Made by a program: the position numbers and the translations under genes. From the NCBI RefSeq assembly GCF_001458695.1, contig NZ_LN885086.1, forward strand, positions 2,340,001 to 2,372,000: DNA of 32,000 nucleotides, given 5' to 3'. The notes beneath the pieces were generated by a model. It did not search any database. It was given only the letters and a program-made list of their open reading frames with translations, and was not told the DNA's origin. Positions 8,007 through 15,883 of the stretch are shown here, piece after piece. How positions within the stretch are numbered: the stretch's first letter is position 1; every line of letters starts with the position of its first letter. The stretch is from Candidatus Nitrospira inopinata. Its GTDB lineage: Bacteria; Nitrospirota; Nitrospiria; Nitrospirales; Nitrospiraceae.

Positions 8007-9122
8007 TTGGTGGAGAGCGAACATTGGTATGAAATCGAGGTGGTCAAAAGCCGCTCGGTACTGGAAGGGATGGCCCGCGAATGGGATGCCCTTGCGGAAG
8101 GGGCGGGAGTGCCCACCTTGAGCCATGCGTGGATTTTGGCCTGCGTGGAAGCCTTTCATGTACAGGATCAACTCTTCATCATCGCCCTTCGCCGACGAGG
8201 AGAGCTTGTCGGGCTTGCGCCGCTAGTGGAGAGCAGGCGAGGTCGTGTCTCTAGATTGGAATTGATCGGCGTATCTTTCCTCTATGAACCATCGGGACTC
8301 TTGTATCGCGACGGCGAGGCATTAACCTATCTTGCCCGTTCCATTATGGAATGCGGATTCCCGGTCGTGCTGGCTAGAATACCGGCGGACTCGCCCGTTA
8401 TGTCCCAGTTCCCTTCCGGTCCGCTCGCTTCGCATCATGGGATCATCATGAAGGGAGGTATCGGATACTCGCTGATGATTCCGATCTCATCGGGATGGAC
8501 TGCCTATCTGGAGAAACTTTCCTCTCGCCGTCGTTATGACATCAGGCGGGCTCGCCGCCGTGCCGAAGAAGCGGGTTCGGTGACCGTTCGGGTTTTTTGC
8601 CCGAATGAAGAGGAGATCGAGCCTGGTCTTGCCGAATTCGTCAGAATTGAAGCGACAGGGTGGAAGGAACATCACGGTTCAAGTCTCAAGCGGCGCAAGA
8701 ACATGAGGCTATTTTTTCAGCGGTACGCAACGTTGGCGTCGCGATCCGGCGCTTTTCGGTTCGCGTTTCTCGACGTTGCGGGGACGCCGATCGCCGCGCA
8801 GCTTTCGGCCGTGTACGCCGACCGTTTTTGGGTCTTCAAGATCGGCTATGACGAAGTATGGAGCCGCTGCTCGCCGGGATGGCAGTTGCTGACGGAAACA
8901 ATCAAATACGCTTTTGAACATAAGCTGGCGTCATATGAATTCCTGGGAAGCGATGAATCATGGTTGCACGGATGGGTCACGGAGCGCCGGGGATATCAAA
9001 CGGTCTGGTATTATCCCGCCACTTGGCGCGGTTTCCACGGCTTGGCGTCGGATGTCATGGATCGCATCAAGACGCGTATGATGACGGCGGGGGGGAAGAC
9101 GAAGCGGGTCGCTTCATCATGA
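8007..9122 (+). CDS. CelD/BioF2-like GNAT acyltransferase (FemAB-like fold), paralog 2
   Basis: Starts at TTG 8007 or GTG 8010. N-terminal EWDALAEGAGVPTLSHAWILACVEAF and C-terminal ASYEFLGSDESWLHGW follow the same layout as 5844-6962. Confidence 0.7.
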   Translation: MVESEHWYEIEVVKSRSVLEGMAREWDALAEGAGVPTLSHAWILACVEAFHVQDQLFIIALRRRGELVGLAPLVESRRGRVSRLELIGVSFLYEPSGLLYRDGEALTYLARSIMECGFPVVLARIPADSPVMSQFPSGPLASHHGIIMKGGIGYSLMIPISSGWTAYLEKLSSRRRYDIRRARRRAEEAGSVTVRVFCPNEEEIEPGLAEFVRIEATGWKEHHGSSLKRRKNMRLFFQRYATLASRSGAFRFAFLDVAGTPIAAQLSAVYADRFWVFKIGYDEVWSRCSPGWQLLTETIKYAFEHKLASYEFLGSDESWLHGWVTERRGYQTVWYYPATWRGFHGLASDVMDRIKTRMMTAGGKTKRVASS

Positions 9123-10069
9123 AGTCGGTCGAGCAAAAAGGGATATCCTGGTGGATCGCTCTGATTTTTATAATCGGTCTGTTCGTCTTACCGAACCTCA
9201 TGGCCAACTCTCTTTCGAAGATATGGTTGCGGATGCCGGGTTTGGACAAGCCGGTTCATTTTCTGGCGTTTGTTGCGGGATTTCTTGTTGTGTATTTCGC
9301 ACTGCTTCGTTCTCCATGGCCTCGTGATGAGCGGAACAAAATTGGTTTGGCGGCAGGTTTCACCTTGGCGGTTGCCGTGGCGGACGAAGCGCAGCAGGCT
9401 CTTATGAGAATCGGTCGGACGGCGGAATCTGGCGATCTGGTTGCGGATACGGCGGGCATCCTTGTTGGTGTAGTGGTGGTGAGAAGCCGGCAGCTTGGAA
9501 TGAAATGGGCGGTGCCCTTGATCCTGCTGCTGTTGGTTCCGGTAGCAGGAGTGACGGCAAAAACCCATCACGATTTAAAACATTACAACCTCGGCATGTT
9601 ATACGAGCGGGAAAAAGACTACCAAAAAGCCAGAGAGGAATATCAGCTTGCCTTGGACAGCGGGTTCGAATCCGCTCAACTGTACAACGCCATTGCATGG
9701 CTCGACATTGAATTTTTAGACGCCGATCCGAAACTGGTTGAACCCTACGCCGCTCGGGCCTTTGCGCTTGATCCCGACAATCCGGACATTCTCGATACTT
9801 ATGGGTGGGTCTTGGTTCAAGCCGGAAAGATCTACGACGGGCTGCCGCTTATCGAGAAAGCCAAGCGATTAAAGCCGGACATCTACTGTATTGATCTCCA
9901 TCTGGGTGCGACTCATCTGGCGCTAGGAATGCGTCATCAGGCAATTCAATTTCTCCGTGAACAAGTGAATCGGACCGGGAGCGACCGTTTCGGTCAAGCC
10001 GCCGCCCGGTTGCTGGCACAGATCGAACAATCGTCCAGTCTACGCCACACTAATCGGCTTATTGGATGA
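9119..10069 (+). CDS. Membrane protein: VanZ-like N-terminal domain fused to C-terminal TPR repeats
   Basis: The track ORF begins at 8960 inside the previous gene. The ATG at 9119 overlaps the upstream TGA (ATGA) and begins MKSVEQKGISWWIALIFIIGLF. VanZ-like segments are DKPVHFLAFVAGFLVVYF, DEAQQ and GDLVADTAGILVGVVVV. TPR-like repeats run from about 9575 to 10030 (LGMLYEREKDYQKAREEYQLALD, LDTYGWVLVQAGKIYDGLPLIEKAKRLKPD). Confidence 0.55.
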   Translation: MKSVEQKGISWWIALIFIIGLFVLPNLMANSLSKIWLRMPGLDKPVHFLAFVAGFLVVYFALLRSPWPRDERNKIGLAAGFTLAVAVADEAQQALMRIGRTAESGDLVADTAGILVGVVVVRSRQLGMKWAVPLILLLLVPVAGVTAKTHHDLKHYNLGMLYEREKDYQKAREEYQLALDSGFESAQLYNAIAWLDIEFLDADPKLVEPYAARAFALDPDNPDILDTYGWVLVQAGKIYDGLPLIEKAKRLKPDIYCIDLHLGATHLALGMRHQAIQFLREQVNRTGSDRFGQAAARLLAQIEQSSSLRHTNRLIG

Positions 10070-11124
10070 AGATCATGGGTCGCGTAAAGTATGCAATCAA
10101 ATTGGTCATTGTCTACGGCCTCTATGGCCTCGGTTTACTTCAACTCTGGCAACGAATTGTGCTTCGACGGCGGGCCGTCGTCTTGATGTACCATCGCGTC
10201 CTCACCGAAGAGGAAATGAAGGTAACGGGGTCACATCCAGCTATCGTGGTCAAGCGGGAGACCTTTGCGGCGCAGATGGAGGTGATCAGCAAAAGATTCA
10301 AGGTGCTCACGATCGACGAGTTTGTCGAGCGGATGGAGCGCAGAATACCGTTTGAAAACTCAACTTGTCTTGTGACATTTGATGATGGCTGGAAAGACAA
10401 CTATTACAATGCCTTTCCAATTCTGACTCGCTACAGGATTCCGGCGGTTATCTTTTTGCCTGTCAACTACATTGGGGAGCAACGACTGTTTTGGCAAGAA
10501 GCACTGGTCCATGGACTCCTTGCTGCCATTAGAGAGGTTAGGAAAGATCCGTCCAAGGCTTCCATACTGCGCGAAATTATTGCTACGCTGGATTTAGAAG
10601 AGGTTCTCGATCTTGCTGGCGTTGATCCCCGTCATTGCATTATCGAACTTATGACCTTAAAGAGGAAACAGTTTGATCCGTTGGATGTGGACAAGGTTCT
10701 CTCTCGGATTGAAAGAGAACTAACCATTAATTGGGATGAGGCGAGCGCCATAGATGGTTTCTTGACATGGGAACAGGTTGCGGAAATGGCGAAAGAGGGG
10801 GTTCGCTTCGGTGGCCATGGTGCCGAACATTATTTACTTAGTCAGCTTTCGCTTGATGAGGCTCGTAAGGACATCGAAGAATGTACATCCGTGCTGACTA
10901 GTCGGCTCAAAGAGCAACCTGTAAGTTTTAGCTATCCTCGTGGCTACCGGACATCTCAGGTAGTCGAGTTCGTTAAACAGTCCGGCTACCGTGTGGCGTT
11001 TATTGCAAACGGTGGTAGTGTGCGGTGCGATGATGATCGATTTACGGTGCAGCGGATCAATATCTTTGAAGAAGACACGAAGACCGTTCCGCTTTTCTTG
11101 GCCAGGATTGTCGGGTTGTTTTAA
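10066..11124 (+). CDS. Polysaccharide deacetylase (NodB homology domain) with N-terminal membrane anchor
   Basis: The ATG overlaps the upstream TGA (ATGA at 10066-10069). An N-terminal TM is followed by LMYHRV, VTFDDGWKDNYYNAFPILTRYRIPAVIFL, FGGHGAEH and SFSYPRG. Confidence 0.85.
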   Translation: MKIMGRVKYAIKLVIVYGLYGLGLLQLWQRIVLRRRAVVLMYHRVLTEEEMKVTGSHPAIVVKRETFAAQMEVISKRFKVLTIDEFVERMERRIPFENSTCLVTFDDGWKDNYYNAFPILTRYRIPAVIFLPVNYIGEQRLFWQEALVHGLLAAIREVRKDPSKASILREIIATLDLEEVLDLAGVDPRHCIIELMTLKRKQFDPLDVDKVLSRIERELTINWDEASAIDGFLTWEQVAEMAKEGVRFGGHGAEHYLLSQLSLDEARKDIEECTSVLTSRLKEQPVSFSYPRGYRTSQVVEFVKQSGYRVAFIANGGSVRCDDDRFTVQRINIFEEDTKTVPLFLARIVGLF

Positions 11125-11137
11125 ATGGATCTGATCC

Positions 11138-12325
11138 ATGAATATCCTGGTGACAGATGGAGAGACAAGACCATCTCTGGCGATCGTACGCTCATTGGGG
11201 AGCAGAGGACATCGTCTTTTCGTAGGAGCGAAATCCCAGCCGTCATTGGCCCAGGTCTCGCGCTATTGCCATCAGCGATTCACATATCCTGATCCTGTTA
11301 CGAATGTAATCGGATTTATAGAGGCAGTTCAGCATGTTATACGGAGGGAACGAATTGATGTCGTTCTTCCAGTGACGGAAATTACCACAGCGTTGATCGT
11401 CCAAAAAAAGAGCGAGATCGAAGGGTGTTGCCGAGTTCCTTTTCCACCCGCCACTATTTTTAACTATGCGGCCGACAAGGCAAAGGTGCTGGCTCTTGCC
11501 GAAAAGTTGTCAATCCCTATTCCGATAAGCGTTGTGCTGGATAGAGTGGGTGCGAATCCTCCATGGCCGGAGGGACTTCGGTATCCAGTGGTCATCAAGC
11601 CGCATCGCTCTCGTATCTATGTTAATGGACAATGGAGGTCGACGTCCGTCACCTACGCCGATAATGAAGAAGAGCTCAATGTCATTTTGAGCGGCAAGGA
11701 TGCGTGGGAGTACCCGCTTCTTCTTCAGGAGCGGATCGTCGGGCCTGGAATCGGCGTGTTTCTCTGTTATCAGCGGGGCCGATGTGTGGCTCAGTTCAGC
11801 CACCGGCGGCTTCGCGAAAAGCCGCCCTCAGGAGGAGTCAGCGTGCTGTGCGAAAGCGTGCAGATCCCCACTCAAGCGTTGCGCCATGCCAAGATCCTCT
11901 TGGATGAGTTGCAATGGGAGGGTGTGGCGATGGTCGAGTTTAAGTTGGACAGTGCCGATCAAAAATACAAGCTTATGGAGATCAATGGTCGGTTCTGGGG
12001 GTCTCTTCAGCTCGCGATCGACGCCGGTGTGGATTTTCCCGATCTTCTCATCCAGACTTTGGGGAATGAACCGCTACGGCCGATTGAGACGTACCGCATT
12101 GGAGTAAAAAGTCGCTGGTTGATGGGCGATCTCGATGCTCTATTGATGCGGCTTCTCAAGAATGAGGCCGAGCTTCATCTCCCTCCTGGGTATCCGGGAA
12201 AAATTGAATCCATTTTTCGATTTGTAGGTTCATGGGGGCAAAATGTTTGCAGCGAAGTTTTCCGGCTCTCCGACGTAAAACCGGGGTTGCATGAGATAAA
12301 AAGATGGTTCTTTTCTCATGCTTGA
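11138..12325 (+). CDS. ATP-grasp fold carboxylate-amine ligase (predicted ATP-grasp enzyme family)
   Basis: MNILVTDGETRPSLAIVRSLGSRGHRLFV N-terminus. Also YPVVIKPHRS (ATP-binding Lys), LLLQERIVGPGIGV and MVEFKLD...KLMEINGRFWGSLQLAIDAGVDFP (E-x-N metal site). Confidence 0.75.
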   Translation: MNILVTDGETRPSLAIVRSLGSRGHRLFVGAKSQPSLAQVSRYCHQRFTYPDPVTNVIGFIEAVQHVIRRERIDVVLPVTEITTALIVQKKSEIEGCCRVPFPPATIFNYAADKAKVLALAEKLSIPIPISVVLDRVGANPPWPEGLRYPVVIKPHRSRIYVNGQWRSTSVTYADNEEELNVILSGKDAWEYPLLLQERIVGPGIGVFLCYQRGRCVAQFSHRRLREKPPSGGVSVLCESVQIPTQALRHAKILLDELQWEGVAMVEFKLDSADQKYKLMEINGRFWGSLQLAIDAGVDFPDLLIQTLGNEPLRPIETYRIGVKSRWLMGDLDALLMRLLKNEAELHLPPGYPGKIESIFRFVGSWGQNVCSEVFRLSDVKPGLHEIKRWFFSHA

Positions 12326-12334
12326 TGGTCTTCC

Positions 12335-13474
12335 ATGAAAGTCGGATTGGAAATGCTGTTCTGGCTGTCGGTCTTGGGGGTGCTGTATCCCTACGCCGGC
12401 TATCCGATCCTTTTGTGGATTGTGGGACGGGTGAGGGGCAAGCCGCCTCGATCGCTTGAAGCAGGGGGCTTTTGTCCTTCCGTCTCGGTGATTATCCCGG
12501 CTTGCAACGAGGAAAAGCGGATTGAAAAAAAGATCGCGAACACAAAGGCGCTCCGTTATCCTGAAGACAAGCTGGAGGTGTTGTTTGTGTCCGATGGCTC
12601 GATGGATCGAACGGTGGAGCTGATTCGGCGGCATGTTTCCCGTCAGTACCATTTGATCGAATTACCAGTGCGCGGTGGAAAAGCTGCGGCGCTGAATGCC
12701 GGTCTTGAGCGGGCCAAGCATGACATCGTAGTGTTCTCCGATGCGTCGATCGAGTTGGAGCCCGACGCTCTGTCTGCCCTTGTCCAAGGATTTTGCGATC
12801 CCAATGTCGGGTGCATTTCAGGAGAAGACAAAATTCCCGAGTCGGGTGGAGAGGCTTGGTACGGGCGATACGAACTGCTCCTCCGCCGGTTGGAGTCAAA
12901 GGTGCATTCCATCGTCGGCGCGAGCGGCTCGTTCTATGCGCAGCGACGAGTGCTCTGTACGCCGTTCGAGGAGGGGTTGGCGCCTGATTTTGTGTCGGTT
13001 TTGAAAACGGTCGAGCGGGGATTTCGCGCCGTCAGCGAGCCGGCGGCGATGGGCACGATGACGAGCGTCAAAGATTCCAAACAGGAATTCCAGCGCAAGG
13101 TTCGAACCTTGATCCGAGGCATGACGGCGCTCTTTGCGTACAAGCGGCTGCTCAATCCTCTCAAGTTCGGCATGTTTGCGGTCGAGCTTTGGTCACACAA
13201 AATCTTGCGGTGGATGGTACCGTTCTTCCTAATCGCCGCGTTGGTGAGTTCTCTGGCGATGCTGGAATCGCCGTGGTTTGTGGCGGTGTCCGTCATCCAG
13301 ATAGCTTTCTACGGGGCCGCGTTGCTGGCGTTGGCAGGTATCAAGAGTGTGCGGCAATCGCTTGTCGGCAAGGTAGCATTGTATTTTTCCGTGGTCAATG
13401 CGGCAATCGTGGTCGCATGGTGTAAGTATTTGGTCGGCGTCAGGCAGGAACTATGGACTCCCACGCAGCGGTAA
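12335..13474 (+). CDS. Integral-membrane family-2 glycosyltransferase with synthase-like topology
   Basis: An N-terminal TM (LFWLSVLGVLYPYAGYPILLWIV) is followed by a GT-A core: VSVIIPACNEE, VSDGSMDRT, VFSDASIE, ISGEDK. It has a degenerate QxxRW-like EFQRKVRTLIRG and 3-4 C-terminal TM segments. Confidence 0.8.
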   Translation: MKVGLEMLFWLSVLGVLYPYAGYPILLWIVGRVRGKPPRSLEAGGFCPSVSVIIPACNEEKRIEKKIANTKALRYPEDKLEVLFVSDGSMDRTVELIRRHVSRQYHLIELPVRGGKAAALNAGLERAKHDIVVFSDASIELEPDALSALVQGFCDPNVGCISGEDKIPESGGEAWYGRYELLLRRLESKVHSIVGASGSFYAQRRVLCTPFEEGLAPDFVSVLKTVERGFRAVSEPAAMGTMTSVKDSKQEFQRKVRTLIRGMTALFAYKRLLNPLKFGMFAVELWSHKILRWMVPFFLIAALVSSLAMLESPWFVAVSVIQIAFYGAALLALAGIKSVRQSLVGKVALYFSVVNAAIVVAWCKYLVGVRQELWTPTQR

Positions 13475-14322
13475 CAAAGTCCATGACCGAAAAGCCGATG
13501 TTTTTCCAGAACGGCGTTTGCCGCCTCTTCGGGCTGGTTCATGAGCCGGTCGGCGTTCCTTCCGGCGAGGCTTGGCTCTTCTGCCATCCGTTCATAGAGG
13601 AAAAGCTGTGGGCGCACCGGGTCTATGTGTCGTTCGCGAGGATTCTGGCCGCGCGCGGCGCCTGGGTGCTCAGATTCGATATGATGGGAAATGGCGACAG
13701 CGAGGGACGATTTTCGGATATCTCCGTGGACACCATGTTGGCTGATATCGATTGTGCGCTCAATTGCCTCGGTCGTCTGAGCGGAGCCGCGCACCATGCC
13801 AATCTGTTGGGACTGCGGTTGGGAGGGACGCTGGCCGCCTTAACGGCCGAGCGGTCGTCGAAGGTCGGAAAATTGATCCTGTGGGATCCCGTCGTGGACG
13901 GCGCGAAGTACATGCAGGAGCTTTTGCGGAGCAATCTGACGACGCAATCCGCGGTCTATAAGGAAATTCGTTATAACCGAGAAACGCTGGTGCGGATGAT
14001 GCGCGAAGGTTCAACCGTCAACATTGATGGCTATGAACTGGCGTACCCCTGTTACGAGCAAGTGTCGGCGATTAATTTGAAGGAGGGGCCCAAGCGATTC
14101 GCCGGCCGGTGTTTGATTGTCCAAATCGGGAAAGAGGGGCAGCCGATTCAGCCGGATCTCAAAGCGTTACAAGAAACGTATCAAGCCGCCACATTACGCA
14201 CCGCGGTGGAAGAGCCGTTCTGGAAAGAAATCAAGCGATGGTATCGGGCCGCTCCGAGTCTGTTCGAGACGACATTGGGATGGATGCAACATGACGAGCG
14301 AAGTGTTTCCTGCAACGTTTGA
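13453..14322 (+). CDS. Alpha/beta-hydrolase-fold protein (exosortase-system-associated 'hydrolase 2'-like) with an Arg at the nucleophile-elbow position
   Basis: ATG at 13453 overlaps the upstream gene by 22 nt; the alternative start is ATG 13483. FCHPFIEEK, LRFDMMGNGDSEG and the elbow NLLGLRLGGTLAA (GLRLG at 13810-13824, Arg codon 13816-13818). No obvious post-beta8 catalytic His. Confidence 0.6.
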   Translation: MDSHAAVTKSMTEKPMFFQNGVCRLFGLVHEPVGVPSGEAWLFCHPFIEEKLWAHRVYVSFARILAARGAWVLRFDMMGNGDSEGRFSDISVDTMLADIDCALNCLGRLSGAAHHANLLGLRLGGTLAALTAERSSKVGKLILWDPVVDGAKYMQELLRSNLTTQSAVYKEIRYNRETLVRMMREGSTVNIDGYELAYPCYEQVSAINLKEGPKRFAGRCLIVQIGKEGQPIQPDLKALQETYQAATLRTAVEEPFWKEIKRWYRAAPSLFETTLGWMQHDERSVSCNV

Positions 14323-15283
14323 AAATAAAGTGGGCCATCGGCTCTTTGGCATGATGCATCAGCCGGCGGTTCCGTGCGCGTCGGGAACCGCGATCATCTT
14401 ATTGTCCCCGGGCGTGAAGATGCGAGTTGCGCCCCATCAACTCTACGTGAACATGGCGGAGCGGTTTGTCTCGCTGGGGTATCCGGTCTTGCGATTCGAC
14501 TTTTACGGATTAGGCGATTCCGAGGGGGAAGCGGAAGAAGAATACCTGGCCGATCTCTATGGGGCCGTTCAGGTGGGGCGGTATATGGACGATACCATCG
14601 CGGCGATGGACTGGATGGAGCGAACGTATGGCTTCAACAAGTTCATCGTGTCCGGCTTGTGCGGCGGGGCGATCACGGGGCTGTTGACCGCGTCGAAAGA
14701 TCAACGCATCAAGTGTCTGCTGGGATTGGCGATTCCAGTCATTCTTGACGGCACACACATCGATTTTACGAAATACATGACCGACAACCAACTGAAGGAA
14801 ACGCGAGACGGCTACATTCGGAAGCTGTGGGACCTTCGTGCCTGGCGGTCGTGGATCCGCTTTCTAACCTTTCGAAGCCACTACAGCCTGATTTTTCGTT
14901 CGTTGCTGAAACCATTGCTTGAGAAAACCGACAAGGCAAGCCCGGCGCCGTCCGCGCCTGGTCAGAACGAACCCAAAGACAATACGAATCCGTATTTCGC
15001 TCCGGCCTTTTTCAACATGCTCTCGACGGGGCGGCACATTTATCTTGTCTTTGCCGGCAGCGATCGGCTCTTGTGGGAGTATGAAAAAAAATTCGTCGAG
15101 CGGCATCGCGAACGATTGGAATTGTATCCCGCCCAGTGTGGAATGCACGTCACGAAAGACGCCAACCACATCTTCTCGTTCCGCGAGTGGGAAGAAGACA
15201 TGTTGGATCAATGTTGCCGATGGCTGGTGGAGTTGGAAGCCAAGCTGAAGGACGGGACCGCTGTTTCGGGGATGACAAGATGA
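14291..15283 (+). CDS. Alpha/beta-hydrolase-fold protein (exosortase-system-associated 'hydrolase 1'-like) with a Cys nucleophile elbow
   Basis: The track ORF starts at 14117. The ATG at 14291 (MTSEVFPATFENKVGHRLFGMMHQP) overlaps the upstream gene by 32 nt. LRFDFYGLGDSEGE, elbow FIVSGLCGGAITG (GLCGG at 14654-14668, Cys codon 14660-14662) and a C-terminal KDANHIFSF candidate His. Confidence 0.65.
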   Translation: MTSEVFPATFENKVGHRLFGMMHQPAVPCASGTAIILLSPGVKMRVAPHQLYVNMAERFVSLGYPVLRFDFYGLGDSEGEAEEEYLADLYGAVQVGRYMDDTIAAMDWMERTYGFNKFIVSGLCGGAITGLLTASKDQRIKCLLGLAIPVILDGTHIDFTKYMTDNQLKETRDGYIRKLWDLRAWRSWIRFLTFRSHYSLIFRSLLKPLLEKTDKASPAPSAPGQNEPKDNTNPYFAPAFFNMLSTGRHIYLVFAGSDRLLWEYEKKFVERHRERLELYPAQCGMHVTKDANHIFSFREWEEDMLDQCCRWLVELEAKLKDGTAVSGMTR

Positions 15284-15864
15284 TGGCAGTGGCTTCTCAG
15301 ATCAAGAGAGGCTTGATCGATCTCTATTGGATGGTTCGAGGGACGTCCATCCACGTGCCCGCTCTTCCTTCTCGGCCGCGATCAGTCCTTTTTGTCTGCA
15401 AGGGAAATATTTGTCGAAGTCCGTTCGCCGAACATGTGGCCAGGAAGCTTTTTCACGAACTTGTGGGGGATACGGAGCAGTCAATTGCGTTTCAATCCGC
15501 GGGCCTACACGTGACCGCTCCAAAGGCCCCGCCGGAGACGGCCATTGTGGTGGCGCATCAGTTCGGTGTGTCGCTAGAGGAGCATCGATCGCAACCCCTC
15601 TCTCAGGAACTCGTGGCTGCTTCCGACGTCATCGTCGCGATGGAAGGATGGCAGTATGACGAACTGCGATTTCGATTCAAGGGATATCAGGATAAGTTGT
15701 TTCTTCTCCCTCTTTTCTTGAAAGAGGCGACGCCTCAATCGGGATACGAGGCCTATAACATCCAAGATCCTTACGGTGGCTCTGGGAGCGTGTTCGAGGA
15801 ATGTTTTAAAAAAATCGAGCGCAACGTCAAAGCATTGCTGGCCGAGTGTGGAATGAAGGAGTGA
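15280..15864 (+). CDS. Low-molecular-weight protein-tyrosine phosphatase (Wzb-like)
   Basis: ATG at 15280 overlaps the upstream TGA (ATGA); GGGGA lies 8 nt upstream. P-loop VLFVCKGNICRSPFAE (CX5RS at 15397-15420) and DP loop IQDPYGG. An N-terminal extension of about 35 aa precedes the P-loop. Alternative in-frame starts are ATG 15331 and GTG 15355. Confidence 0.85.
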   Translation: MMAVASQIKRGLIDLYWMVRGTSIHVPALPSRPRSVLFVCKGNICRSPFAEHVARKLFHELVGDTEQSIAFQSAGLHVTAPKAPPETAIVVAHQFGVSLEEHRSQPLSQELVAASDVIVAMEGWQYDELRFRFKGYQDKLFLLPLFLKEATPQSGYEAYNIQDPYGGSGSVFEECFKKIERNVKALLAECGMKE

Positions 15865-15883
15865 ACAAGGAAACGGCCTTACG

